Below, one piece after another: positions 36,500 through 44,528 of a stretch of 64,000 bases of DNA. Origin of the DNA: a virus (lineage: Duplodnaviria > Caudoviricetes). The notes beneath the pieces are model-generated. The model was not told the DNA's origin. It saw only the letters and a program-made list of their open reading frames with translations, and did not search any database. Location: the IMG/VR virus record IMGVR_UViG_3300025141_000018; one strand, given 5' to 3'. Within the stretch, counting starts at the first letter, position 1, and every line of letters starts with the position of its first letter. The position numbers were made by a program, and so were the translations under genes.

Positions 36500-37983
36500 T
36501 TGTACACTCCTGCTAATTGTAATAACCTTGTATTCTCAACATCTTCTTTTGCTTTAACTTTTTTACCTTTAGGTTTTTCTTCTGTTTCGGATCCAGCAAT
36601 ATATGTATCACCTGCCCATTCACCACTTGTTTCGTTATCGGTTCTAAGTTCGCCTTTTTCTTTAGCGTCTCGACGCCAGGCTGGTACATATTGTCCTTCT
36701 ATGCCTTCGTTAAAAAAGATATCGTTACTTGTGTACTTGCTTAATTGCTGATTTAAACTTTCTTCAATAACTTCTGTTACATCTGGTTTTTCTTGGTTTT
36801 CAAAAGTAATATTTGCTTTAACCATACGAAGTGCTTTATTTCTATCGCCTACTTCCATGTCATTAAACCCTTCTGCTATTTCTGTAACTAATGCACTAAC
36901 GTTTGAGTTTATTGCTTTCTCACCAACATATGTTAACCAATGTTGGTTTTTTAATGTAACACTATCAAACTCAAAGTTACTAGGATTGTTTATATCGTCA
37001 TCTTCAAATAATCCAAGTTCAATTTTACCTTCAAGAAGTGCTAATTCAAGACGTTCTATAATTGTACCTTCAGAAACAAGAGTAGCAAGGTAAGGAAGCA
37101 CACCTGCAATACTCTCATCAAAAGTATGTTTGGTTAGAACTTCTTGTAGTTCGCCTTCAACTTCTTCATTTTTAATTTGTTCGTTATTAACACGCTGGAT
37201 TGCTTCATTGTAAGATCGTGAACTTTTAATTTTGGTAAGATTTTCTTTAATATTATTAACACGCATAATTGCTAATTCGTGCAATCCACTTACACTATCG
37301 TTTTCATTAAAATTTCGCCGAGTATATCTAACAAAATTCTTTAATTGTCCTAGTTCTTCGTCAAGTCCAATTATACCTTTACCACCATCATCAAACGGTG
37401 TTCCTTTATTTGCAATGTGTCTTGCCATTGCTCTAGCGGGTAATAAATTTTTGCTAGGAAATTTAAATCGTTCGCCCTCGGCATTTTCAATATAAATGGA
37501 TTTTATATTGCGGGCTCTACTGCCTCGTTGTTCTTCATTAACAGGTGCGGCATGTCTTACTACTAATCTAGTATTACCTACATCCTGATATGACGATTTT
37601 GAAGAACCATATGTTTTAGAGAATGCACTCTCTTGTATACTGTTCATGTCTGCTTCCTTTGTTAAATCAAAAACGTAATCTTTTGGTTGTAATGTATGAC
37701 CGAATTTTTTAATATTAAAATCCATCATATACTTTTTTGCTAATTGTTTTATAGTGTCGATAGTATCTGTTGCTTCCTCAAAGGTAATACTTTTACCTAA
37801 ATGTACTTTAATTTCTTCGTTGGAGCATGTTACAACTATATTTGCATCCGTTAGAAAAAACCGCCTAGCATCATTGGGCGTTATAACTTTTTTTCCAATA
37901 TCATCAAACATGCGAATAGTATATCCATACCCCTTGAGTATCGCAAATATATTTTCGCCTATAGTTCCTGTATCAACAGCCAT
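36496..37983 (-). CDS. Hypothetical protein in the head-assembly cluster
   Basis: 495 aa; late promoter at 38003; adjacent to terminase. Confidence 0.65.
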   Translation of the reverse strand: MAVDTGTIGENIFAILKGYGYTIRMFDDIGKKVITPNDARRFFLTDANIVVTCSNEEIKVHLGKSITFEEATDTIDTIKQLAKKYMMDFNIKKFGHTLQPKDYVFDLTKEADMNSIQESAFSKTYGSSKSSYQDVGNTRLVVRHAAPVNEEQRGSRARNIKSIYIENAEGERFKFPSKNLLPARAMARHIANKGTPFDDGGKGIIGLDEELGQLKNFVRYTRRNFNENDSVSGLHELAIMRVNNIKENLTKIKSSRSYNEAIQRVNNEQIKNEEVEGELQEVLTKHTFDESIAGVLPYLATLVSEGTIIERLELALLEGKIELGLFEDDDINNPSNFEFDSVTLKNQHWLTYVGEKAINSNVSALVTEIAEGFNDMEVGDRNKALRMVKANITFENQEKPDVTEVIEESLNQQLSKYTSNDIFFNEGIEGQYVPAWRRDAKEKGELRTDNETSGEWAGDTYIAGSETEEKPKGKKVKAKEDVENTRLLQLAGVYK

Positions 37984-38008
37984 AAATCACAACCCTTTAT
38001 GATATTTA

Positions 38009-39562
38009 TCAAAGAATGCCGATTGGCATTGGCATATCCAGCGGATCATCTCCCAAAGGATCGACTAATTCTTCGAATGCTTCTTTATCGTGCTTTGTAA
38101 TTAGTTGTACAATTCGTATACATAATACGGCGGCCATTACTAAATCATCATGGGCTCCGTCTTTTGCCGCATACGATCTACCTCTTGCAATAAATGTTTT
38201 AAGTTCTTGTATTAAATTTCTACTATATATTTGTACTTTTTTCTCTTCTACAAAGTATTTTAACTTAGAACATGCTTCTAATTTGTTTTTATGTGTGGTA
38301 ACCATTCCTCTAGTAAATGTTTGTCCTTTAGTTTTTGGTTCATTTACTAAATTACCATAAAAATTAACAGGACCTAATTCTTCATATGCCATTAATGATG
38401 CTTTACCTATTCCGTTATTTTCAATACTATAATATATGTTTTCTTCGTTTTGTACTTTATTTTGTATTTCTTCTAGTATACTTTGAAGTATAAGCATCTG
38501 ATTACGTACATCTGTTTTATTGTGTTTCCATTCTGCTACTTGTGAAAATTTAGGTAAACTAAAAACTTGTATAGCCGCATAATCACTTCCTGTACCCATT
38601 GAAGGATCTAATCCTACACAATATGTAGAATTTTTATTAATTTCTTGATACCAACGAACTTGTCCTTCTGTGCGAATTGGAAGGTGTTCTTCTAATAATA
38701 CAAGTTTTAGCGGTGCTATAAGTGTCTCGTCAGCAGTAATAAATTCACATTCGTGTTCTCGTCTAAAACGTTCGTCACCTATTTTTCCACGTTCCTCGCT
38801 TGCCCATTTTTCATCACGATCAGGATGATCTTGCCAACGTGATCTAAATGCCCTAAATCCGTTTTTACCCAATTCTTGCTCATTACCAAAATCATCAACA
38901 TTATCAACTGCTGATTTCCATATTTGTGCAAACTGATCATTGTCTTGATTAGGTGTGCTAGTAATAATACATTTACCGCCTGTTGCTAATGTAGGTGATA
39001 GTGATGTCCAAAATTCTTCTGCTACTCTCGGAGGAACAAATGCAAACTCGTCTAAGTATACAAGTGTTAAACTCATACCTCTACCAGTATTCTCTGTTGT
39101 TGCTTGTGCTACAATTCTACTACCATTGTCAAATTCTATACTTCCTCTATTATAACTTGTACAACCTGCTTTAATCCATTCTGGTAATGTTTCATATATA
39201 TAACGTAATCGTTGCATTATTTCTTGGGCACCTGCATATTTGTGTGCCGCAATTAATATTGTAGTATCAGGTTTAAACATTGCATACCATAACAAGTATG
39301 CCGCGGCCGCGGTAGACTTTCCTGTTTGTCTAGGAAGCATTGCAATCGCATATCTGTAATTATCGTATGTTTCGATTAACCCTTTTTGATATTCAAATAA
39401 ATCAAAACTAACTTTACCTTTTACAGGATGTTGTATATAAGCATAATTTTGAATGAAATGTATCGGATCCTCCATGGCAAGGCCAAGTTCATCAATTTGT
39501 TCTTGCGACCATTTTTGAGACTTATGGGGTTTTTTAACTAATACTTCGTCCAGTATCTGCAT
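38009..39562 (-). CDS. gp17: Terminase large subunit (T4 gp17-like)
   Basis: LPRQTGKST, YLDEFAF, STPN, GLDPSMGTGSD and HDDLVMA motifs. Confidence 0.95.
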   Translation of the reverse strand: MQILDEVLVKKPHKSQKWSQEQIDELGLAMEDPIHFIQNYAYIQHPVKGKVSFDLFEYQKGLIETYDNYRYAIAMLPRQTGKSTAAAAYLLWYAMFKPDTTILIAAHKYAGAQEIMQRLRYIYETLPEWIKAGCTSYNRGSIEFDNGSRIVAQATTENTGRGMSLTLVYLDEFAFVPPRVAEEFWTSLSPTLATGGKCIITSTPNQDNDQFAQIWKSAVDNVDDFGNEQELGKNGFRAFRSRWQDHPDRDEKWASEERGKIGDERFRREHECEFITADETLIAPLKLVLLEEHLPIRTEGQVRWYQEINKNSTYCVGLDPSMGTGSDYAAIQVFSLPKFSQVAEWKHNKTDVRNQMLILQSILEEIQNKVQNEENIYYSIENNGIGKASLMAYEELGPVNFYGNLVNEPKTKGQTFTRGMVTTHKNKLEACSKLKYFVEEKKVQIYSRNLIQELKTFIARGRSYAAKDGAHDDLVMAAVLCIRIVQLITKHDKEAFEELVDPLGDDPLDMPMPIGIL

Positions 39563-40274
39563 AACACTCTACATGATTTTCCATATATTTGTCGCCGTTA
39601 AACCATAGTAATTTTTTTTCGTCAAAAAACGGCTGATGTTCGTTATCTATTTTCCAGAGGTCAGGCATAAACAATTTTTCTTTACTTTCTTGAAGTGTCA
39701 ATGCGGCATGATTCCAGTTACCTGGAGAAACATCATCTGTTTTTATTATTCCCTTACCAATAAGAATAGAACAAATAAATTTATTTTTATGTGTATTTGA
39801 AACTAGTTGATTTGGACTTCCGGGACCATTAGCACATGTCAAAAATGACGGATCATATCCTTGGGATAATGCAAAGGCACATATCGAACCTAATGCTACA
39901 CCGATATCTAGATGTACTGCTCTACTAAACGATTCATGGGTTTCCGCGCCCATAGCATCATCAAATTTAAAAAAATGGTCTTTTTTCTGCATATCAGCAA
40001 AGAATAATATGTGTATAGGTGCAAATACACATCCAAATCTAAGTGGCTGTTCATCCATAAAAACATCATCAAATAACCAACGTTTTATATCAGGTGATCT
40101 CCAATCTACAATCACAGTATCATATAATCTAAAATTTTGTTTACTGGGTATTAACTTGATAAAGTCAACGAATGGTTGTACTCTAGGTTGTTCTGTATTG
40201 TCGTATGCGAGCACTTGATGTCTATTTTGAAAATTGTCTGATAATTGTTGATAATTTGGTTTGGAAAATAACAT
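39534..40274 (-). CDS. Nitroreductase-fold protein
   Basis: IPSKQN, APIHILF and DIGVALGSICAFALSQGYDPSFL pattern. Confidence 0.6.
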   Translation of the reverse strand: MLFSKPNYQQLSDNFQNRHQVLAYDNTEQPRVQPFVDFIKLIPSKQNFRLYDTVIVDWRSPDIKRWLFDDVFMDEQPLRFGCVFAPIHILFFADMQKKDHFFKFDDAMGAETHESFSRAVHLDIGVALGSICAFALSQGYDPSFLTCANGPGSPNQLVSNTHKNKFICSILIGKGIIKTDDVSPGNWNHAALTLQESKEKLFMPDLWKIDNEHQPFFDEKKLLWFNGDKYMENHVECYADTGRSIS

Positions 40275-40280
40275 ATATAT

Positions 40281-40631
40281 CTATTGGTTATCTAATGTAA
40301 TTCTTCCGGAGCCTTGTAATTCCCTACTAGATTTTTGTCGACTACTTTTACGAATCGCGTTGTTCTGTTTACTTGATTTACTAGTTTGATTATCACTAGA
40401 TCGCTTCTTTTTACTCCATTGGCCTAAATCATCTGTGCCAATACTCATCGACGGACCATGTTTTCCAAATGGTTTTGCACTAAGATTACCACCTAATCTT
40501 CGATTACCTTGTGAATCAGTACGTAAATTAAGGCCTCCAAGGAAATTTCCTAGTTTAAGACCTCCTAAACCTATATTCCATCCGCCTTCGTCAACAGGCG
40601 TATCTAGTCTTTTTTTTTGAATTTTTTCCAC
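40281..40631 (-). CDS. Basic Gly-rich hypothetical protein; may be a frameshift extension of the upstream gene
   Basis: GTG start without SD; overlaps the upstream gene across an A9 run. Confidence 0.5.
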   Translation of the reverse strand: MEKIQKKRLDTPVDEGGWNIGLGGLKLGNFLGGLNLRTDSQGNRRLGGNLSAKPFGKHGPSMSIGTDDLGQWSKKKRSSDNQTSKSSKQNNAIRKSSRQKSSRELQGSGRITLDNQ

Positions 40632-41005
40632 TCTGTCATGAGTTCTTCTTCATTGAGTGGGTTATCACCGTATTTGTTATCAGACTCTGAATCACCGCGA
40701 GTTTTTCCAAACCCTCTAAATGACATGTCATCAATATCACCATGTGCGTCATTTGGTGTTCCGCTAAATTCTGGTGATGCATTTTCAAAATCATCTGAGT
40801 CGTGTTCTTTTACCTTAACGGCTTCTTTTGGGGATGCCAGCACGGTAAGCATATCTCGCATGTCTTCAGTTCCAGTTGGGGGTTCGCCACCGCATCCACT
40901 GTCTGCTGGCATTGGTTCTGCCATTGGCGCAGGCATTGGTGCTGGTTCTGCATGTTGCATACCGGCTAACCTAACTAAATCTTCTAATTCAACTGAAACT
41001 TTCAT
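40604..41005 (-). CDS. Acidic hypothetical protein, head-assembly cluster
   Basis: AAGGAAG SD; DLVRLAGM motif; PAPM repeats. Confidence 0.65.
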   Translation of the reverse strand: MKVSVELEDLVRLAGMQHAEPAPMPAPMAEPMPADSGCGGEPPTGTEDMRDMLTVLASPKEAVKVKEHDSDDFENASPEFSGTPNDAHGDIDDMSFRGFGKTRGDSESDNKYGDNPLNEEELMTEWKKFKKKD

Positions 41006-41006
41006 G

Positions 41007-41630
41007 TTACTTCCTTGCTGTCTGCTTGTTTACCCCAGACATTTTGCTGGGATTAGGTATAGAATTTTGACCGCTCAACGGGCTCGTTTTATTGCCCTCT
41101 GTGGTCTCCATTTGTGGTGCCGAACTCTCGCTACTTGCATATTCGAACTTCCTGTTCTCTAACCCTTTAAGAAAATCAACATTATATTCGCCACCATAAT
41201 ATCTGCCATTATTTTTTGCCTCGTCTCCTGAATAATCAGTTCCCATAATGGCCTCTTTAGGACTTTCGTCCTCAGGTTCATCAAGCTCATTGAGCGGATC
41301 TGCCAAATTTCTAACTTTTAATTTATATTCTGGAATGCTAAGATATTCTACTAGTTGTTGTTGTAATATGTGTGGTGCAATAGGTAAATTTAATTTTGCA
41401 TCCACAATATAAACATCTATAGCAGTACCTTGGTTAGCAAACTCTAATGGGTTGGTTTGCGTCATTAATTTTCTTGCGGAAGAAATGCTATCAGGGGAAT
41501 ATCGCTTTAAGAATACATCCATCTTATCATCAATTGCGGAGTCAAGTGTTTCTCCCAAAGGGATGGCCATCTTAATACGTAAGTCGTATTGTTTCTTAGA
41601 TTCGGTTAAGTATTCATTTAAACGTTTCAT
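41007..41630 (-). CDS. Hypothetical protein, putative processed head protein
   Basis: Start moved to ATG 41630 (GAGGA SD); MKRLNEYLTE-S leader. Confidence 0.7.
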   Translation of the reverse strand: MKRLNEYLTESKKQYDLRIKMAIPLGETLDSAIDDKMDVFLKRYSPDSISSARKLMTQTNPLEFANQGTAIDVYIVDAKLNLPIAPHILQQQLVEYLSIPEYKLKVRNLADPLNELDEPEDESPKEAIMGTDYSGDEAKNNGRYYGGEYNVDFLKGLENRKFEYASSESSAPQMETTEGNKTSPLSGQNSIPNPSKMSGVNKQTARK

Positions 41631-41631
41631 A

Positions 41632-42027
41632 TTATTCCTCGTCTTTTTCTTCGCGAACTTCGTCTTCTTCTTTGTCTTTTTTCTGTGCTTCAGCAACCAT
41701 ATTAGCATAACTACGTAATAAATCTTGTGTAGTTTGTGGTGCTGGTGTGTCTGTAGTTTCCTCGATTTGCTCGCCTTCATCGACTTGCTCGTCGTCTTCG
41801 TCTACTTCTTCTTCTTTTGCTTCTTCAACTTCTTCTTTGTCGTCATCATCGTCTTTTGCTTCGGCAACGGTTTCTTCATCTTCAGTTGCTTCTTCTTTAA
41901 CTTCCTCAGTTGCATCCTCTTGAATTGCTTGATCGGATACTTCTTCAGTTGACTCTTCGACAGGCTTTTGATCTGTTAAAAGATCAGCATAAGCTCGAAG
42001 TTGTTGTGCAGAATTGGCATATTCCAT
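41632..42027 (-). CDS. Highly acidic scaffold-like protein
   Basis: Glu/Asp-rich linker flanked by similar helices QLRAYADLL and LLRSYANMV; late promoter upstream. Confidence 0.65.
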   Translation of the reverse strand: MEYANSAQQLRAYADLLTDQKPVEESTEEVSDQAIQEDATEEVKEEATEDEETVAEAKDDDDDKEEVEEAKEEEVDEDDEQVDEGEQIEETTDTPAPQTTQDLLRSYANMVAEAQKKDKEEDEVREEKDEE

Positions 42028-42055
42028 AATATTATCCTTGGATTTCTAGTTTATT

Positions 42056-42592
42056 TTATTTATCTTTATTTTGAGATAAAGCACTCAACATACTATTTCT
42101 ATCTGAAACAACATATTCAGCGTCTTGTTCTATTACTTTAGGCATTTTGTGTATGTTTTGATCCAAACGCATCTTTTTAAGTTGCATTTCGATTGCTTTT
42201 AATTTTCTATCTGCTTTAGCATTTTTTGCATCTACCGCTGTCTTTAATACACTAGATGCGGCTTCAAATATCTTTCCTGCATTGCGATCTTCTACATTAA
42301 ACCCTAAATCCATTAAATCTTCAAATGCTTTTTCTGCTTTATCAGCATATCTATCCATATCTGGATCACTTGAGTGTATATCATCAACGTGAGTTAATGA
42401 TGTGTTAATGCGATCGCTCATATCAACAACATTTGTTACTGGGGCTTCTGCTATAACTTGCTGTTCTTCAACAACAGGCATAGGAGCAACATCTTCAATA
42501 ACTGGAGTTGCTTTTTTATCACGTGATTCGTAGAACTCTTCTGCTTCTACAGGATCTGCTAAATCAAATAAATCTTCTAATTTTTTAGTCAT
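42056..42592 (-). CDS. Terminase small subunit-like protein (T4 gp16-like)
   Basis: MTKKLEDLF, KAFEDLMDLG, AGKIFEAAS and DRNSML helical pattern; near gp4 and terminase. Confidence 0.65.
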   Translation of the reverse strand: MTKKLEDLFDLADPVEAEEFYESRDKKATPVIEDVAPMPVVEEQQVIAEAPVTNVVDMSDRINTSLTHVDDIHSSDPDMDRYADKAEKAFEDLMDLGFNVEDRNAGKIFEAASSVLKTAVDAKNAKADRKLKAIEMQLKKMRLDQNIHKMPKVIEQDAEYVVSDRNSMLSALSQNKDK

Positions 42593-43035
42593 CGTTTGCT
42601 TCTGCCGTAATTATTAAATATTTCTTTTTCTGTTACAATACGAAAATTAATTCCTTTACGTTTGCACCATTCACTTGCGGCTGTCCATTTAGCATGATTT
42701 AATGCAACCGCCGCCTTATCAGTTCTTGACTTTGCTTCAGTAAGACTTGATTGTGTACTTGGTTTTATTTCAACCATTTCCATACGTTTTTGACCTTTTT
42801 TGTTTTGATAAACAATCATAAAATCTGGTACATAAACAGTATGTTTTCCTGTAAAGGGATTCCTATACGGAATTGAATGACCTTCACTTGCCCAACCTAT
42901 AACACTTGGATGACCATCACACATTCTCATAAAAACTAATTCCCAACTACTTCGATAATGCGGTGTATGTTTACCAAAATATTTTCCGGGATTTTTACAA
43001 GTATATTTTCCTTGTTCGTATTTTCGTCTTCGCAT
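42589..43035 (-). CDS. gp4: Head completion nuclease (T4 gp4, TnsA-like)
   Basis: KNPGKY, YRSSWE, WASE, IPY, YVPDF, EIKP and KWTAA motifs. Confidence 0.9.
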   Translation of the reverse strand: MRRRKYEQGKYTCKNPGKYFGKHTPHYRSSWELVFMRMCDGHPSVIGWASEGHSIPYRNPFTGKHTVYVPDFMIVYQNKKGQKRMEMVEIKPSTQSSLTEAKSRTDKAAVALNHAKWTAASEWCKRKGINFRIVTEKEIFNNYGRSKR

Positions 43036-43047
43036 CTATCATCCTCA

Positions 43048-43809
43048 TTAAGCGGTAATAATATCGGTCATTGAATCTGCAATATTTAAACTGTTAGGAG
43101 TAGATTTGTCCTCATCATTATTTTCTTCATCACCGACTTGAGCAAGATATTTTACTTGTTCAAACGATACATTCATTGTCCATTGGATTGGCCCTGAATC
43201 ACCATAATTTAAAGTATCATGTGCAATACTATTAATTGTTGGGTTATATAATACTACTGGATCAAGTTTCTTTATATTTTCTAGTGTAAGTTCGTCCGGC
43301 CAGCCCCTGGTAATCATAATCCATTTTATAAAATTCTTTTGATAAGCATATGGTGGAGGACTAAAACCAAAGCCACCGCCATGCTGTCCGCTTGCTGATA
43401 TGTCACTTACAGGATCATATAGTCCTTGTATTGAAGATGGAAGCATTCTGTCTTTGTAATAGTATCTAAAATAATTTTGATATACTGATTGAAATGTATT
43501 ATCAACAGTATCATAGAAAACTATGCTGATAGGATTATACGAATGCCCTGTTTGTATAATTCTTTTCCTGTTATATTGATTTACTACTTGAGTATCAAAT
43601 TGTATAGTAGGAAGTTCTATTTGAACCGCTAGCGGATGAGGCACCGACCTTGTGGTATCTCTTTGATCATCGTCCCCGTCGTCCTTGGAGAGTTTGGCAA
43701 AATCAAACTGGACATAAAAGTTAAACTTTTGCCGGGGCCTTAATTCCATAGGCTCCCCGTAAGGAGCCATTACATTAAATTCTTTTTCCGCTAACGTATA
43801 TGCTGACAT
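43048..43809 (-). CDS. Tail tube-like protein (gp19/gp54 paralogue)
   Basis: ELPTIQFDTQVVNQYNRKR...YNPISIVFYD and DTLNYGDSGP..WTMNVSFE. Confidence 0.75.
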   Translation of the reverse strand: MSAYTLAEKEFNVMAPYGEPMELRPRQKFNFYVQFDFAKLSKDDGDDDQRDTTRSVPHPLAVQIELPTIQFDTQVVNQYNRKRIIQTGHSYNPISIVFYDTVDNTFQSVYQNYFRYYYKDRMLPSSIQGLYDPVSDISASGQHGGGFGFSPPPYAYQKNFIKWIMITRGWPDELTLENIKKLDPVVLYNPTINSIAHDTLNYGDSGPIQWTMNVSFEQVKYLAQVGDEENNDEDKSTPNSLNIADSMTDIITA

Positions 43810-44444
43810 TAGTTACTAGACGTTGCGCCGACATTAAGTCTAGATGGTGCCCGACTTAGAATTGCCAAGCCGTTTGCTCCAGTTTGTTCGGCATTGTCGT
43901 ATCTAATTGTCATCGTTACTATTTGTGCATCATTATTAGCATAGTTACTCTCACCATACTGTATTTGCGACAAATAACATCCACTTAAACTCCAGGCATC
44001 TAAAATATTTTCATCTGCTACTGGGTTTGCTCCATCCAATGTTTCGATTAAAGTTGAAAACTTGTAATTGACAGCGGCTATTGGTGCACTCTGTGCTGAG
44101 TGATCCATTTGGTTTTGAACTTGTGAACCAATTGCTTTAATTACATGTCCATCAACGTCGTCTCTAATTATACATTGAATTGGATTCCAGGTATGTTTAC
44201 CTGCTAGATATACTCTTGAATTATATACTTCAAGAGTAATGTCATCGTGTTGCAAGTCAGGCCGACCAACACTAACTAAGTTTCTTGTGAGCCTGATTAA
44301 ACTATCAGTGGCGTTACTACCACCTAAGTTTTGAAATGTAACCCTAAACCTATATTGCAATTTAGGCATTAGAGTTGTACCTTCGGGTTGTGTCCCGTCA
44401 ACAGGTACTTTAAAATTGCTTAAAACAGCCATTATACTCTCCAA
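43809..44444 (-). CDS. gp19: Tail tube protein (T4 gp19-like)
   Basis: PKLQYRFRV, LAGKHTWNPI..IRDD, ESNYA...VTMTIRYDNA; follows the sheath gene. Confidence 0.88.
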   Translation of the reverse strand: MESIMAVLSNFKVPVDGTQPEGTTLMPKLQYRFRVTFQNLGGSNATDSLIRLTRNLVSVGRPDLQHDDITLEVYNSRVYLAGKHTWNPIQCIIRDDVDGHVIKAIGSQVQNQMDHSAQSAPIAAVNYKFSTLIETLDGANPVADENILDAWSLSGCYLSQIQYGESNYANNDAQIVTMTIRYDNAEQTGANGLAILSRAPSRLNVGATSSN

Positions 44445-44491
44445 GTCGTTTCTAGTATTTATTAAATTTAGACAAATTTTGAGAAGCGGTT

Positions 44492-44522
44492 TGCAGTGGC
44501 CCCCAAATTAGGCGCCACTGCA
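44492..44522. other. Intergenic hairpin between sheath and tube genes
   Basis: TGCAGTGGC...GCCACTGCA inverted repeat. Confidence 0.6.
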
Positions 44523-44528
44523 CGAAGA

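Noticed and set aside
9367-39562. Introns or inteins in RNR, helicase, UvsW, UvsX or terminase
   Set aside because: The ORFs are continuous and of ordinary length, with no Hint or LAGLIDADG insertions recognised.
41631-41780. N-terminal 50-aa extension of the 41007 ORF, and extensions of ORFs 220, 4543, 5248, 28503 and 34217
   Set aside because: They overlap upstream genes, leaders or terminators. Downstream ATGs with clear SD sites are better starts.
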